DNA of 35,041 bases from IMG/VR virus record IMGVR_UViG_3300037045_000351, positions 1-35,041 of that record; one strand, written 5' to 3'. The translations under genes were made by a program, and so were the position numbers. Under the pieces are notes generated by a model. The model had not been told where the DNA came from, did not search any database, and was given only the letters and a program-made list of their open reading frames with translations. Of this stretch, positions 8,341-16,768 are shown piece after piece (within the stretch, counting starts at the first letter, position 1; every line of letters begins with the position of its first letter). Origin of the DNA: a virus (Duplodnaviria > Caudoviricetes).

Positions 8341-8807
8341 GACGCATGATTATGACGCTACACGCAAACGGACTGTCAGCGAGCGACATCGCCAAGCGGT
8401 TCGAGATGGACACACGACGAGAACGTAAGGACTTTATCCTCACCACGATGACGGTCGAGGATGTACTTAGGGAGATGGGCGCGGCCGACCCGTCCCGTCG
8501 CATCCCACAAAAGCCGGAGATTCAGCCGGACATGCCGAAGCGCTTCATTCCCGCCACGAGCGTCACGAAACGCGAGAAGCTGACGTACAAGCCACCGACG
8601 GTCGCGCAGAAGGAGTTCCACAACATCGCCTGCGGGTTCTCGGTGGACGGGCGCAAGTTGCTCAAGTCCCCGAGCCGGCACGCCTTGGAACGTCAGATCG
8701 TCGAGCACCTCGAGCGTGGCTTCGTCCAACTCGGCAACATCACCTCAGACTTTGACTTTGACGGCACGATGTTCTTCGCCGTCGTGAAGAAAGGAGACTT
8801 CTCTTGA
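8325..8807 (+). CDS. Hypothetical protein with N-terminal HTH-like segment
   Basis: GGAGGT RBS; GLSASDIAKRF. Confidence 0.7.
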   Translation: MDKRMRRMIMTLHANGLSASDIAKRFEMDTRRERKDFILTTMTVEDVLREMGAADPSRRIPQKPEIQPDMPKRFIPATSVTKREKLTYKPPTVAQKEFHNIACGFSVDGRKLLKSPSRHALERQIVEHLERGFVQLGNITSDFDFDGTMFFAVVKKGDFS

Positions 8808-9238
8808 TCGACACGAACCTGAAACCGAAGCAACGACAATGCGAGAAGTTGCTCCGGGCTTACTACACGCTACCGATGACCATCGAGAACTTGAAGATGC
8901 AGGCGGAAATCGCGCCGTCGACCGCCTCGTACGACATCCGGGAGGGGCAGAGCCACGCGGCTCCGTCCTCACCCGTCGAAGCGAAAGTGCTCAAACGTGA
9001 CGACTTACGCTTGAAAGAGAAGGAATTCGACTTACTCAAGAAGCTACGCAACGACAAACTACATCAACAGCTCGTCGACATCTGGGACATGCGCTACAAC
9101 CCGCGACACGACTACAACGACAGCCAGGTGATGCTCCTACTCGGCATCGAACGCAAGGCGTACTACAAACTACGAGCACGGCTCCTCGGCTACATCGCCG
9201 ACGTGTTCGGACTCTGGGAGGATGGGCAAGATGAATGA
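8804..9238 (+). CDS. ArpU/RinA-like late transcription activator
   Basis: CEKLLRAY, SPVEAKVL, IWDMRY...VMLLLGIERKAYYKLRARLLGYIADVFG; TTG start with AAGGAG RBS. Confidence 0.8.
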   Translation: MIDTNLKPKQRQCEKLLRAYYTLPMTIENLKMQAEIAPSTASYDIREGQSHAAPSSPVEAKVLKRDDLRLKEKEFDLLKKLRNDKLHQQLVDIWDMRYNPRHDYNDSQVMLLLGIERKAYYKLRARLLGYIADVFGLWEDGQDE

Positions 9239-9791
9239 CGTAGAAGAACACGGAAGCCTCGTCGCGGAGAAGGACATCCCACTCGCGACACAACTGAACC
9301 TCATCAAACGACGCACCGAACGCGGTCTGAGCCCAGCGCACATTGCCCGCATCATGGGACTGGAAGAAGCAGAAGTGCAAGTCATCATCCAGGCGAATGG
9401 ATGGGCACCGAAACGTAAGGTGTCGAAAGAGCATCGCTTGGACGACCACGCCGCCGCACAGGTCAAGAAGCGTGACGAGGTGGCGGACATCATCCGAAAC
9501 CTTGCCGAGCGAGGCATGACCCGCCAAGACGTCGCTGATATCACCGGTAAAAGCCGGGACCACGTCAATCTCATCGCCCGTACCTACGGCATCAAGTTCG
9601 AAGCAGATCAACGAGAGCGGCGCGAGAAGCGGGCTATCAAGGCGAAGTACCGTTCGAAGGCGTTCTATAAAGACGTGATGACATTACGGGATAAAGGATG
9701 GAGCGTCGTCCGCATCAGCCACGAACTCGGGGTGAGCCACGAAACGGTGAGGAAATGTATGGATCATTTTAAGAATGGAGGGAAATCATGA
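9231..9791 (+). CDS. Protein with three HTH units
   Basis: GLSPAHIARIMG, GMTRQDVADITG, GWSVVRISHELG. Confidence 0.78.
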   Translation: MNDVEEHGSLVAEKDIPLATQLNLIKRRTERGLSPAHIARIMGLEEAEVQVIIQANGWAPKRKVSKEHRLDDHAAAQVKKRDEVADIIRNLAERGMTRQDVADITGKSRDHVNLIARTYGIKFEADQRERREKRAIKAKYRSKAFYKDVMTLRDKGWSVVRISHELGVSHETVRKCMDHFKNGGKS

Positions 9792-10318
9792 CGACCGAAC
9801 TCATCGAACCGAAAACGCCAATCCGCATCGACGTCGTACAGAAGCAGTACAAGAACGGCATGACCCTGCAACAACTTGCGACCCTCTATGAAGTGGAAGA
9901 AATGGAGCTAAAGCCGATCGTGGCAGACATCGTACCGAAGAGGCGCAACCTGCGAGACAGTGAGCTCGACGAGGAAGCCGAGCGCCGGAAAAGACGAGAG
10001 GAGCGCAATGCACGCATCGTCGAGTTGGTCAAAGCGGGCGCGAACCAGTCAGAAGTGGCCGAACAGTTCGGCATCACCCGCCGCACCGTCTCCGCCATCC
10101 TCCAAAGTCACGGATGTACCACGTTCCGGACGCGACAACGCATCAATCATGAAGAATTCGCGCCAAAAGTCAAAAAGTTGATGGATGCCGGGCTGACGAA
10201 CGAACAGATTCAAAACGAGTTGAACATCACGCACGCGAATCTCCAAACGCTCAAACGACGCCACGGCTTGAAGCTGAAGGCGGGCAGACGACATAAAAAG
10301 AAAGGGGAATCGTCATGA
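9788..10318 (+). CDS. Protein with three HTH units
   Basis: GMTLQQLATLYE, GANQSEVAEQFG, GLTNEQIQNELN. Confidence 0.78.
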   Translation: MTTELIEPKTPIRIDVVQKQYKNGMTLQQLATLYEVEEMELKPIVADIVPKRRNLRDSELDEEAERRKRREERNARIVELVKAGANQSEVAEQFGITRRTVSAILQSHGCTTFRTRQRINHEEFAPKVKKLMDAGLTNEQIQNELNITHANLQTLKRRHGLKLKAGRRHKKKGESS

Positions 10319-10596
10319 AAGAGACGACATCAGCAAGCCTAGAAAGCGCTGTGACGGCGTTCAAACCGGAGGAGATACCTGAACTCATCGGCGCACTCGA
10401 CGAGCAACAGAAGCGTATGGAGCGCATCGAGAAGCGTGTCTTGAATCGGGATAAAGGCGTCTGGGCGGAATACCTGACGGCACGGAGCGAGGAGATTGAG
10501 AACGTGACGCATGACACGGACGTGGTGACGGAGAACGGCAAGGTGATCGAGCGCACGACGTTGACCTACACACTGGAGAGGGAGGTAGGGAGATGA
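10315..10596 (+). CDS. Hypothetical protein
   Basis: ATGA coupling; RBS. Confidence 0.7.
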   Translation: MKETTSASLESAVTAFKPEEIPELIGALDEQQKRMERIEKRVLNRDKGVWAEYLTARSEEIENVTHDTDVVTENGKVIERTTLTYTLEREVGR

Positions 10597-11009
10597 AGAT
10601 GGTTAAAGGTGGCGCTTATGTATTGAACGAGGGTAGTTATTCGGATTCAGGAAAACTCCTACCGGGTGGCTATGCCGTCATTCTTAAAGAGTACGACCCG
10701 TTAGCGGAACGGGCGCTCATCGAATTTGACGGCTCGAAGTTTTGGATTGACCCGAGTTATTTAGATTTTATTGAAGGTGATGCGCCAGTCGAATCGAACG
10801 ACGAGCCATCCAAACCCGCTCACTACGACACAGGCATCGACACGATCGCCTTCATGCGCGCCAACTGCCCGCCGGAACAGGTGGAGGGCTTCCTGCGGGG
10901 CAACGTGTTCAAGTATCTACAGAGGTACGACAAGAAGAACGGCGTGGATGATCTACGCAAGGCCGCTCACTACGTCCAGGTGCTTATCGAGGAGGTCGAG
11001 GGACGATGA
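10593..11009 (+). CDS. DUF3310 domain protein
   Basis: PAHY...GFLRGNVFKYLQRYDKKNGVDDLRKAAHY. Confidence 0.87.
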   Translation: MKMVKGGAYVLNEGSYSDSGKLLPGGYAVILKEYDPLAERALIEFDGSKFWIDPSYLDFIEGDAPVESNDEPSKPAHYDTGIDTIAFMRANCPPEQVEGFLRGNVFKYLQRYDKKNGVDDLRKAAHYVQVLIEEVEGR

Positions 11010-11152
11010 CCACACTTTTTGGATTGCTCGCCATCGGGCTCGGCTTCTATGCCATCGTGCTGCAGAATCGCATCGACGACTTGACGGACGACAACGAGCG
11101 CTTGATGGATTGCATCATCGACATTGAAAACGAAATGGGGGAGCGGGAATGA
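11006..11152 (+). CDS. Small single-TM protein (48 aa)
   Basis: MTTLFGLLAIGLGFYAIVLQ...; coupled on both sides. Confidence 0.6.
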   Translation: MTTLFGLLAIGLGFYAIVLQNRIDDLTDDNERLMDCIIDIENEMGERE

Positions 11153-11523
11153 GGGAGAATTTAAAGTTGGATGAGGTATTTCAATTCATGCGAGAGTTCG
11201 GGGTCGACTTAATCAATCGATACGGAGATTTAATCATCGACGAACCCACAAATACCTACACGTCAATCACTCACTGTGCAGATATGGACGACGTTAAAAC
11301 AAGCGTTGTGTTCGCCTTATGTCGACCTATCGGAAAAGGTTTGAGAGAACGAGACGCTAAGCGGCTTCTCGAAAGACTGAATAAATACTTCCATACGGAA
11401 TTAACTCGAGACGATATGTCGCGGTTATATGGGCGGCTCTGTTACGTCAGTAAATTCGATGAATTCAAAGATTTTATCAAACGCGGATTCCCGATGTCGG
11501 AATTGCCAGAGGAAAGCGAATGA
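11149..11523 (+). CDS. Hypothetical phage protein
   Basis: Coupled ORF with RBS. Confidence 0.7.
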   Translation: MRENLKLDEVFQFMREFGVDLINRYGDLIIDEPTNTYTSITHCADMDDVKTSVVFALCRPIGKGLRERDAKRLLERLNKYFHTELTRDDMSRLYGRLCYVSKFDEFKDFIKRGFPMSELPEESE

Positions 11524-12032
11524 CCACGAGCGTCAAGAATCGAGGCAAGGACCTCGAGCAACTCGTCATCCAATCGAACCACGTCTATCGGATGCGCCAA
11601 GAGGCATTGATCCACCAGGCACACGCTGAGGTGAAGACGATACGGGGACGCAAAGGGCAAATCGTCAACGCGTTCCACAAGGGAAAGGCGGGGCTGGACT
11701 TCTACGGCATCGCGGACGGGAATTACATCACGTTCGACACGAAGCAGACGGCCAACAAGACGAGCTTCCCACTCGGCAACATCGAGCATCATCAATACAC
11801 GACGGTCGTGGAGACGGACAAGGCGGGCGGTATCGCCTTCTTGCTCGTCCGCTTCTCCTACTGGGGCGAGACGTACTACCTGAGCGCGGAACAGCTACGG
11901 TACTGGTGGACGCAACAGGAACGCAAGAGCATTCCTTACGCATGGTTCCAAGCCAACTGCCGCGTGGTCAAGAGCCAGAGTGCAGCTGCGCTCGATTGGT
12001 TGAGCGTGGTACGGGAGGAGCTCGGCGAATGA
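11520..12032 (+). CDS. recU: RecU-family Holliday junction resolvase
   Basis: NRGKDLE, LDFYG, FDTKQT, SFPLGNIEHHQ, GGIAFLLV, RKSIP. Confidence 0.92.
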   Translation: MTTSVKNRGKDLEQLVIQSNHVYRMRQEALIHQAHAEVKTIRGRKGQIVNAFHKGKAGLDFYGIADGNYITFDTKQTANKTSFPLGNIEHHQYTTVVETDKAGGIAFLLVRFSYWGETYYLSAEQLRYWWTQQERKSIPYAWFQANCRVVKSQSAAALDWLSVVREELGE

Positions 12033-12112
12033 TTGAATGGACGGAGACGGGCATGACCCTGCTGCTCATCTGCCTGATCGGGGCGATGGGGCTGTGGGGA
12101 CTACGAGACTAG
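12029..12112 (+). CDS. 27-aa hydrophobic peptide
   Basis: GGAGGAG RBS; ATGA overlap; MIEWTETGMTLLLICLIGAMGLWGLRD. Confidence 0.5.
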   Translation: MIEWTETGMTLLLICLIGAMGLWGLRD

Positions 12113-12120
12113 GAGAGTGG

Positions 12121-12357
12121 ATGGCGATGAATATTCCAGTAACGATTAAGAGTAATTTGACGGGACGCTTAGTAAAAGGAGGAGTAACGCCGAGAATGTT
12201 GTTGGATATGTCCGACGAATATGACCTGATTGAAAAATTTACAGAATGTGATTGTGGTCCGATTGGAGAAACGTATGTAGTCGAGTGCAACTGTGATGAA
12301 GAATGGATGGATTGCGAAGTCTTGATTGGCGACGAAGTTGAAACGACGAAACTTTAG
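12121..12357 (+). CDS. Acidic Cys-rich hypothetical protein
   Basis: AGGAG RBS; ECDC and ECNC motifs; start may be 12127. Confidence 0.65.
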   Translation: MAMNIPVTIKSNLTGRLVKGGVTPRMLLDMSDEYDLIEKFTECDCGPIGETYVVECNCDEEWMDCEVLIGDEVETTKL

Positions 12358-12370
12358 GGAGGTTCGACCC

Positions 12371-12574
12371 ATGAAATTCGAACTCATCCCGCACGACGTC
12401 CGCAAGCGGCACGTCCACATCCAGTACAAGGGCGTTGTCATCGCAGACGGCATCGACTATGGCAACGGGTGGTACGAGGTGCGCCCGAAGGCGAGGCACT
12501 TCTACCCGCTCGACCGACTGGCGAAGATGATGAACGAGGAGCAGATCGGCGAGCTGTGCGAGAAGTCGTTTTAA
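12371..12574 (+). CDS. Hypothetical protein (67 aa)
   Basis: GGAGGT RBS. Confidence 0.65.
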   Translation: MKFELIPHDVRKRHVHIQYKGVVIADGIDYGNGWYEVRPKARHFYPLDRLAKMMNEEQIGELCEKSF

Positions 12575-12620
12575 CGGGCAAGGGGCATAAACGATAAATT
12601 TTATAGGAGAGTGACACGGA

Positions 12621-13205
12621 ATGACAAAGTTGCTTAATGCATCGAACGTAATTGACATTTATAACACGACGAATAAGTATGAGATTATTGTCAGTGATCC
12701 GCCGTGGAAACAAAGCAAAGGTGGGTTAAGGAAAGCGAGACCAAATCAGTCGCGAGAGTTAGACTATGCTACTATGACACTCGACGACATCAAAGACCTA
12801 CACGACCATGTGTTTGAGAATCTGACAGAAGAAACGCATACAGTGTTTATGTGGACGATTGACAAGTTTCTCCCTGAAACCGAACAAATGATGAAAGAGT
12901 TAGGATATAAAATGCACGCGCGTATGATTTGGGATAAGACAAACGGGGTTGCCCCTGCTTTTACAGTCCGTTATTCGCACGAATACTTGCTTTGGTACTA
13001 CAAGCCGAAGATGATAAAAATCAACCATGATATGCGCGGCAAGTTCAAAACGTGTTTTTCAGAACCAGCTACGAAACACTCGAAAAAGCCTCTGGTGAGC
13101 TACGAAATGATCGAAGCGTTGTATCCAACACAAAGTAAACTGGAACTATTTGCTCGTTATCCCCGGGAAGGATGGGACGGGTTTGGCAATGAGTTGAACC
13201 AATAA
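12621..13205 (+). CDS. MT-A70-family N6-adenine methyltransferase
   Basis: YEIIVSDPPW, FMWT, IWDK, HSKKP, KLELFARYPREGWDGFGNE. Confidence 0.9.
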   Translation: MTKLLNASNVIDIYNTTNKYEIIVSDPPWKQSKGGLRKARPNQSRELDYATMTLDDIKDLHDHVFENLTEETHTVFMWTIDKFLPETEQMMKELGYKMHARMIWDKTNGVAPAFTVRYSHEYLLWYYKPKMIKINHDMRGKFKTCFSEPATKHSKKPLVSYEMIEALYPTQSKLELFARYPREGWDGFGNELNQ

Positions 13206-13359
13206 AATTATGAATTGACTAGGAAATACCAATAAAAGAGCTTGGTGGTGTGACCCACGAAGTCCCATCAAGCTCTCAAGGAGGCGAGGGCATGGACGAC
13301 TTGACGCAAGGCTCGTGGCACGTTGCTCGTCGTGTACCTCAGTTAGATGTTCCATGCAG

Positions 13360-13392
13360 TTTCTAACTAACTTCTGACTTATTTCTAACTAA
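13360..13392. repeat. Triple 11-bp tandem repeat
   Basis: TTTCTAACTAA CTTCTGACTTA TTTCTAACTAA. Confidence 0.75.
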
Positions 13393-13415
13393 AAACGACA
13401 AAAGGGGATGACGAC

Positions 13416-13568
13416 ATGGACGATTTGAAGACGTTAAAGGAACTGGAGAAGCAACTGAAAGCGTATATGGAGCGCAAGGGATTCGACGGGGACGATGAGC
13501 TGTGGCATTTGATTCAGACGTTGGAAGAGGATGTATACATCGCGGAAGAAGAGGAGAGATGGGCATGA
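13416..13568 (+). CDS. Small acidic protein (50 aa)
   Basis: AAGGGG RBS; MDDLKTLKELEKQ...; ATGA overlap with the dUTPase gene. Confidence 0.65.
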   Translation: MDDLKTLKELEKQLKAYMERKGFDGDDELWHLIQTLEEDVYIAEEEERWA

Positions 13569-14098
13569 TTTTATCAGAGCAGACGTTTATCGAGTTGGCA
13601 GGCAAGCAGGAAGTATTGGACGCGAAGATCAAGGCGGCGAACAACGTGACGGAGTTGCCGCTACGGCGAATCGAATTGTACTACCGCATCGAATTGGCCG
13701 AGTGTCTGAACGAACTCAAGGGTGACTTCAAACATTGGAGCAACAAGCCAATGCGTCGGGAGGCGTTCATCGAGGAGTTAGTCGACGCGATGCACTTCTA
13801 CCTCAGCTTTACGAATCATTTGATTGCCGATGACCCGTTTGGATATTTGAGCGATGAATATGATGACCTGTTTAACGCTTACGATTCGTTTAAAAACGTT
13901 AGGGAGGCAGAACAACCAGAAGGTGTTCCGCTTTGGGAGATTGCGACATCTTCGATTTTAGACACGAGAATCCATCGGTCGTTCGCAAAAATACTGTATT
14001 TAGCTGAACTATACAACTACACTGAGCAGGACATCATCGACACGTACAACCGCAAGAACGCCGTGAATCACGACCGAAGCGACTCGGGGGTGTACTGA
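13565..14098 (+). CDS. Dimeric (all-alpha) dUTPase
   Basis: KQEVLD, IELAECLNE, FKHWS, EELVDAMHFYLS, YNRKNAVNHDR...GVY. Confidence 0.88.
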   Translation: MILSEQTFIELAGKQEVLDAKIKAANNVTELPLRRIELYYRIELAECLNELKGDFKHWSNKPMRREAFIEELVDAMHFYLSFTNHLIADDPFGYLSDEYDDLFNAYDSFKNVREAEQPEGVPLWEIATSSILDTRIHRSFAKILYLAELYNYTEQDIIDTYNRKNAVNHDRSDSGVY

Positions 14099-14277
14099 TG
14101 CAACTGGACACGCAAGCGACAATCAACGTGTTGATCGAGCGCAACCGACGCATCGCAGGGTACGAGCACAACTGCGACTGCGGACGAGCGGTGGCCGTGG
14201 AGCAGACGGACCTCTTCGGAGGGAGCAAGGGCTATTGCCAGGCGTGCTATGACGAGTTGGGAGGGGACGGGGAGTGA
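14098..14277 (+). CDS. Small putative zinc-binding protein (59 aa)
   Basis: CDC...CQAC; TGATG overlap; ends GGDGE. Confidence 0.65.
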   Translation: MQLDTQATINVLIERNRRIAGYEHNCDCGRAVAVEQTDLFGGSKGYCQACYDELGGDGE

Positions 14278-14627
14278 GCAAAACCACGAAGAATCTATTC
14301 TCGGCGTTTTTGATAGTCATCGTTGCTACTTTATTCAGTGATGAAGTGGTCGGAAATTGGTTGGTTTCATTTGGCGTCACTTACATCAGTCTATGCGTTG
14401 GTGACTTGTTGGAACTGAAAGAACGGGGGGGACGGGGAGTGAACAGGAAATTAGTTGACGTTTATTGCGTGCTCGATTACTACGAACGAGAACAAGATGG
14501 TCCTTCGTTCTGGGTGATAGATGGTCACTTGTACGGCGACACGATGCTCAGCGATGTGCTTGCGGAACATAAAGGCAAACGCGTACGGATCATCGTCGAA
14601 GATGCGGAAGGGGGAGATGGGGAGTGA
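14274..14627 (+). CDS. Apparent in-frame fusion of a two-TM ORF and a soluble ORF (second start GTG at 14439)
   Basis: Internal copy of the junction motif with a G7 run at 14425-14431. Confidence 0.6.
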   Translation: MSKTTKNLFSAFLIVIVATLFSDEVVGNWLVSFGVTYISLCVGDLLELKERGGRGVNRKLVDVYCVLDYYEREQDGPSFWVIDGHLYGDTMLSDVLAEHKGKRVRIIVEDAEGGDGE

Positions 14628-14770
14628 GCCAATACTTCTACGATTGGATTCACCTAACGGAGCGTGCGTTCTTCGCTAAGTACTGGGACGTACAACTGAT
14701 GATTATCGCGGCTTTGTTGTTGATGTACATCGGAGGTCACGTGTGGGTAGAACGGCGTAAGAAAAGATGA
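14624..14770 (+). CDS. Small single-TM protein with a basic tail (48 aa)
   Basis: GTGA overlap; ...LMIIAALLLMYIGGHVWVERRKKR. Confidence 0.6.
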   Translation: MSQYFYDWIHLTERAFFAKYWDVQLMIIAALLLMYIGGHVWVERRKKR

Positions 14771-14772
14771 GG

Positions 14773-14823
14773 ACAAAACGGGAACAAAACGGGAACAAAT
14801 CGGCGCATTAGATGAAGTAAGAT
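14773..14823 (+). promoter_or_regulatory. Putative activator-dependent late promoter with a triple 11-bp repeat
   Basis: ACAAAACGGGA x2 plus ACAAATCGG over the -35 position; -10 TAAGAT at 14818; upstream of terS. Confidence 0.65.
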
Positions 14824-14829
14824 GAAAGA

Positions 14830-14967
14830 GTAGAGGACTCGGAGACGTTCCCACCCACCGACACCGACCGGACGCTCCGAGGACTCGCATTAAAAGCTCC
14901 GCCTCACTCGAGGTGTATCCCATTAAACGTTCAGCCCGAGACCGCTTCCGAGCGCTCGGGTATTTTT
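14830..14967 (+). ncRNA. Putative structured late-leader RNA
   Basis: Two hairpins plus a terminator, with no convincing ORF. Confidence 0.45.
14935..14967 (+). terminator. Intrinsic terminator before terS
   Basis: CCCGAG-ac-CGCT-TCCG-AGCG-CTCGGG-TATTTTT. Confidence 0.7.
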
Positions 14968-15054
14968 GTGCCTAGAATACCGCTCGCGTGTCTATTTCCC
15001 CGGACGTCCCCGAACGCGCGCGGCCTTGTAGACATAAGGAAAGGAGGCGATGAG

Positions 15055-15486
15055 ATGAAGCTGACGAAGAAACAACAACTGTTCTGTGATGAGTATCTGA
15101 TTGACTTGAATGGGACACAAGCGGCCATACGAGCCGGATATAGCGAAAAGACGGCGAAAGAGATAGGTTGCGAAAACTTAACTAAACCTCACATTCGTGA
15201 TTACATCGATGCTCGGCTGAATGAGAAAGAGCGTTCGCTCATCGCCTCGCAGGACGACATCTTGCAAGCGTTGACGCGTATCCTTCACGGCGATGAACGA
15301 GGTACCGCTCTCGTTGGTGTCGGTATGGGCGCACAGGAAGTCTCACAGGTCCCGCCGACAAACTCAGAAAAGATTCGCGCTGCGGAAATCCTCGGCAAGT
15401 ATCACAAGTTGTTCACGGATCGTCAGGAAATCGAGATGCGCGGCTCCGTCCAGTTCATCGACGACATTGGTGGCGATGACGGATGA
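15055..15486 (+). CDS. terS: Terminase small subunit
   Basis: KLTKKQQLFCDEYLIDLNGTQAAIRAGYS, KIRAAEILGK; AAGGAGG RBS. Confidence 0.95.
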   Translation: MKLTKKQQLFCDEYLIDLNGTQAAIRAGYSEKTAKEIGCENLTKPHIRDYIDARLNEKERSLIASQDDILQALTRILHGDERGTALVGVGMGAQEVSQVPPTNSEKIRAAEILGKYHKLFTDRQEIEMRGSVQFIDDIGGDDG

Positions 15487-16757
15487 CGGTGAAGCAGATA
15501 CGGCTGTCTGAGTTGTTACCGCCCGCTTTCCACAATACATGGCGAGCGGCGAACAATCCCGACATCTTGAACGTCGTCGAGGAAGGCGGCCGTGGCTCGG
15601 GGAAGTCTTCGGATATCGGCCTTATCTTCACGCAGTTGCTCATGCGCTATCCTGCAAACGGGGTTGGCGTCCGTAAAATTGACAACACCATCGAGCTTTC
15701 TATCTTCGAACAGATGAAGTGGGCGATTGAACATTCAGGCGTGAGTCACCTCTTCAAGGTGAACAAGAGCCCGATGCGCATCACGTACAAACCGCGCGGT
15801 AATTACATGGTGTTCCGCGGGGCGCAAGACCCAGAGCGCATCAAGTCGCTCAAGGCGTCCAATTTCCCATTCACATTCGTATGGATCGAGGAGTTAGCGG
15901 AATTCAAAACCGAAGATGAAGTTACGACCATCACCAACTCTATCCTACGCGGCGAGTTGCCGGATGGTCTTTTCTATAAGTTCTTCTTCTCATACAACCC
16001 ACCGAAGCGTAAACAGTCATGGGTGAATAAGAAGTACGGGAGCGTTATCCAACCGAAGAACACGTATGTGCATCATTCGACTTATCTCGATAACCCGTTC
16101 ATCTCGAAGCAGTTTATCGAGGAAGCGGAAGCGATGAAGGAACGGAATCCGCTCCGTTATCGCTGGGAGTATCTTGGTGAACCGATTGGTTCGGGTGTTG
16201 TGCCGTTCGGCAATCTCGAGTTCCGCACCATCACGGACGAGGAAGTACGCACGTTCGACAATCATCGTTACGGATTGGATTGGGGTTATGCGACCGACCC
16301 AGCATCTGTCGTTGAGTGGCACTATGACAAACGGAAGCGGACGCTCTATGCGACAGGCGAGATATACGGCGTGAAACTGAGTAACCGCCAGTTAGCGGAC
16401 ATGATCGCCGCGAAAGGGTGGCAGTCGAAAGACATCATCGCCGACTCGAGCGAACCGAAGTCCATCGCCGAGCTACGTGAATATGGCATCCGCCGCATCC
16501 GTGGCGCGAAGAAAGGGCCGGGGAGTGTCGAGCATGGCGAGAAGTGGCTCGATGATTTAGAAACCATCGTCATCGACCCGAAGCGGACGCCGAACATTGC
16601 GCGTGAATTCGAGTCCATCGATTACAAGACGGACAAGGACGGTAATGTGGTCCCACGTCTTGAGGACAAGGATAACCACACGATTGACGCGACCCGCTAT
16701 GCATTGGAACAAGACATGAGCATGACGACGTTCGGCGCGTCCGCTCGACTTTACTAG
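15483..16757 (+). CDS. terL: Terminase large subunit, PBSX/SPP1 type
   Basis: GGRGSGKS, WIEE, SYNPP, GLDWG, DNHTIDATRY. Confidence 0.96.
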   Translation: MTVKQIRLSELLPPAFHNTWRAANNPDILNVVEEGGRGSGKSSDIGLIFTQLLMRYPANGVGVRKIDNTIELSIFEQMKWAIEHSGVSHLFKVNKSPMRITYKPRGNYMVFRGAQDPERIKSLKASNFPFTFVWIEELAEFKTEDEVTTITNSILRGELPDGLFYKFFFSYNPPKRKQSWVNKKYGSVIQPKNTYVHHSTYLDNPFISKQFIEEAEAMKERNPLRYRWEYLGEPIGSGVVPFGNLEFRTITDEEVRTFDNHRYGLDWGYATDPASVVEWHYDKRKRTLYATGEIYGVKLSNRQLADMIAAKGWQSKDIIADSSEPKSIAELREYGIRRIRGAKKGPGSVEHGEKWLDDLETIVIDPKRTPNIAREFESIDYKTDKDGNVVPRLEDKDNHTIDATRYALEQDMSMTTFGASARLY

Positions 16758-16768
16758 GAGGTGAGGCA

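Noticed and set aside
12029-12112. Type I toxin-antitoxin locus
   Set aside because: The hydrophobic peptide is translationally coupled within the operon, and no antisense promoter or terminator was seen
14830-15050. tRNA gene upstream of terS
   Set aside because: No T-loop GTTCRA or cloverleaf found
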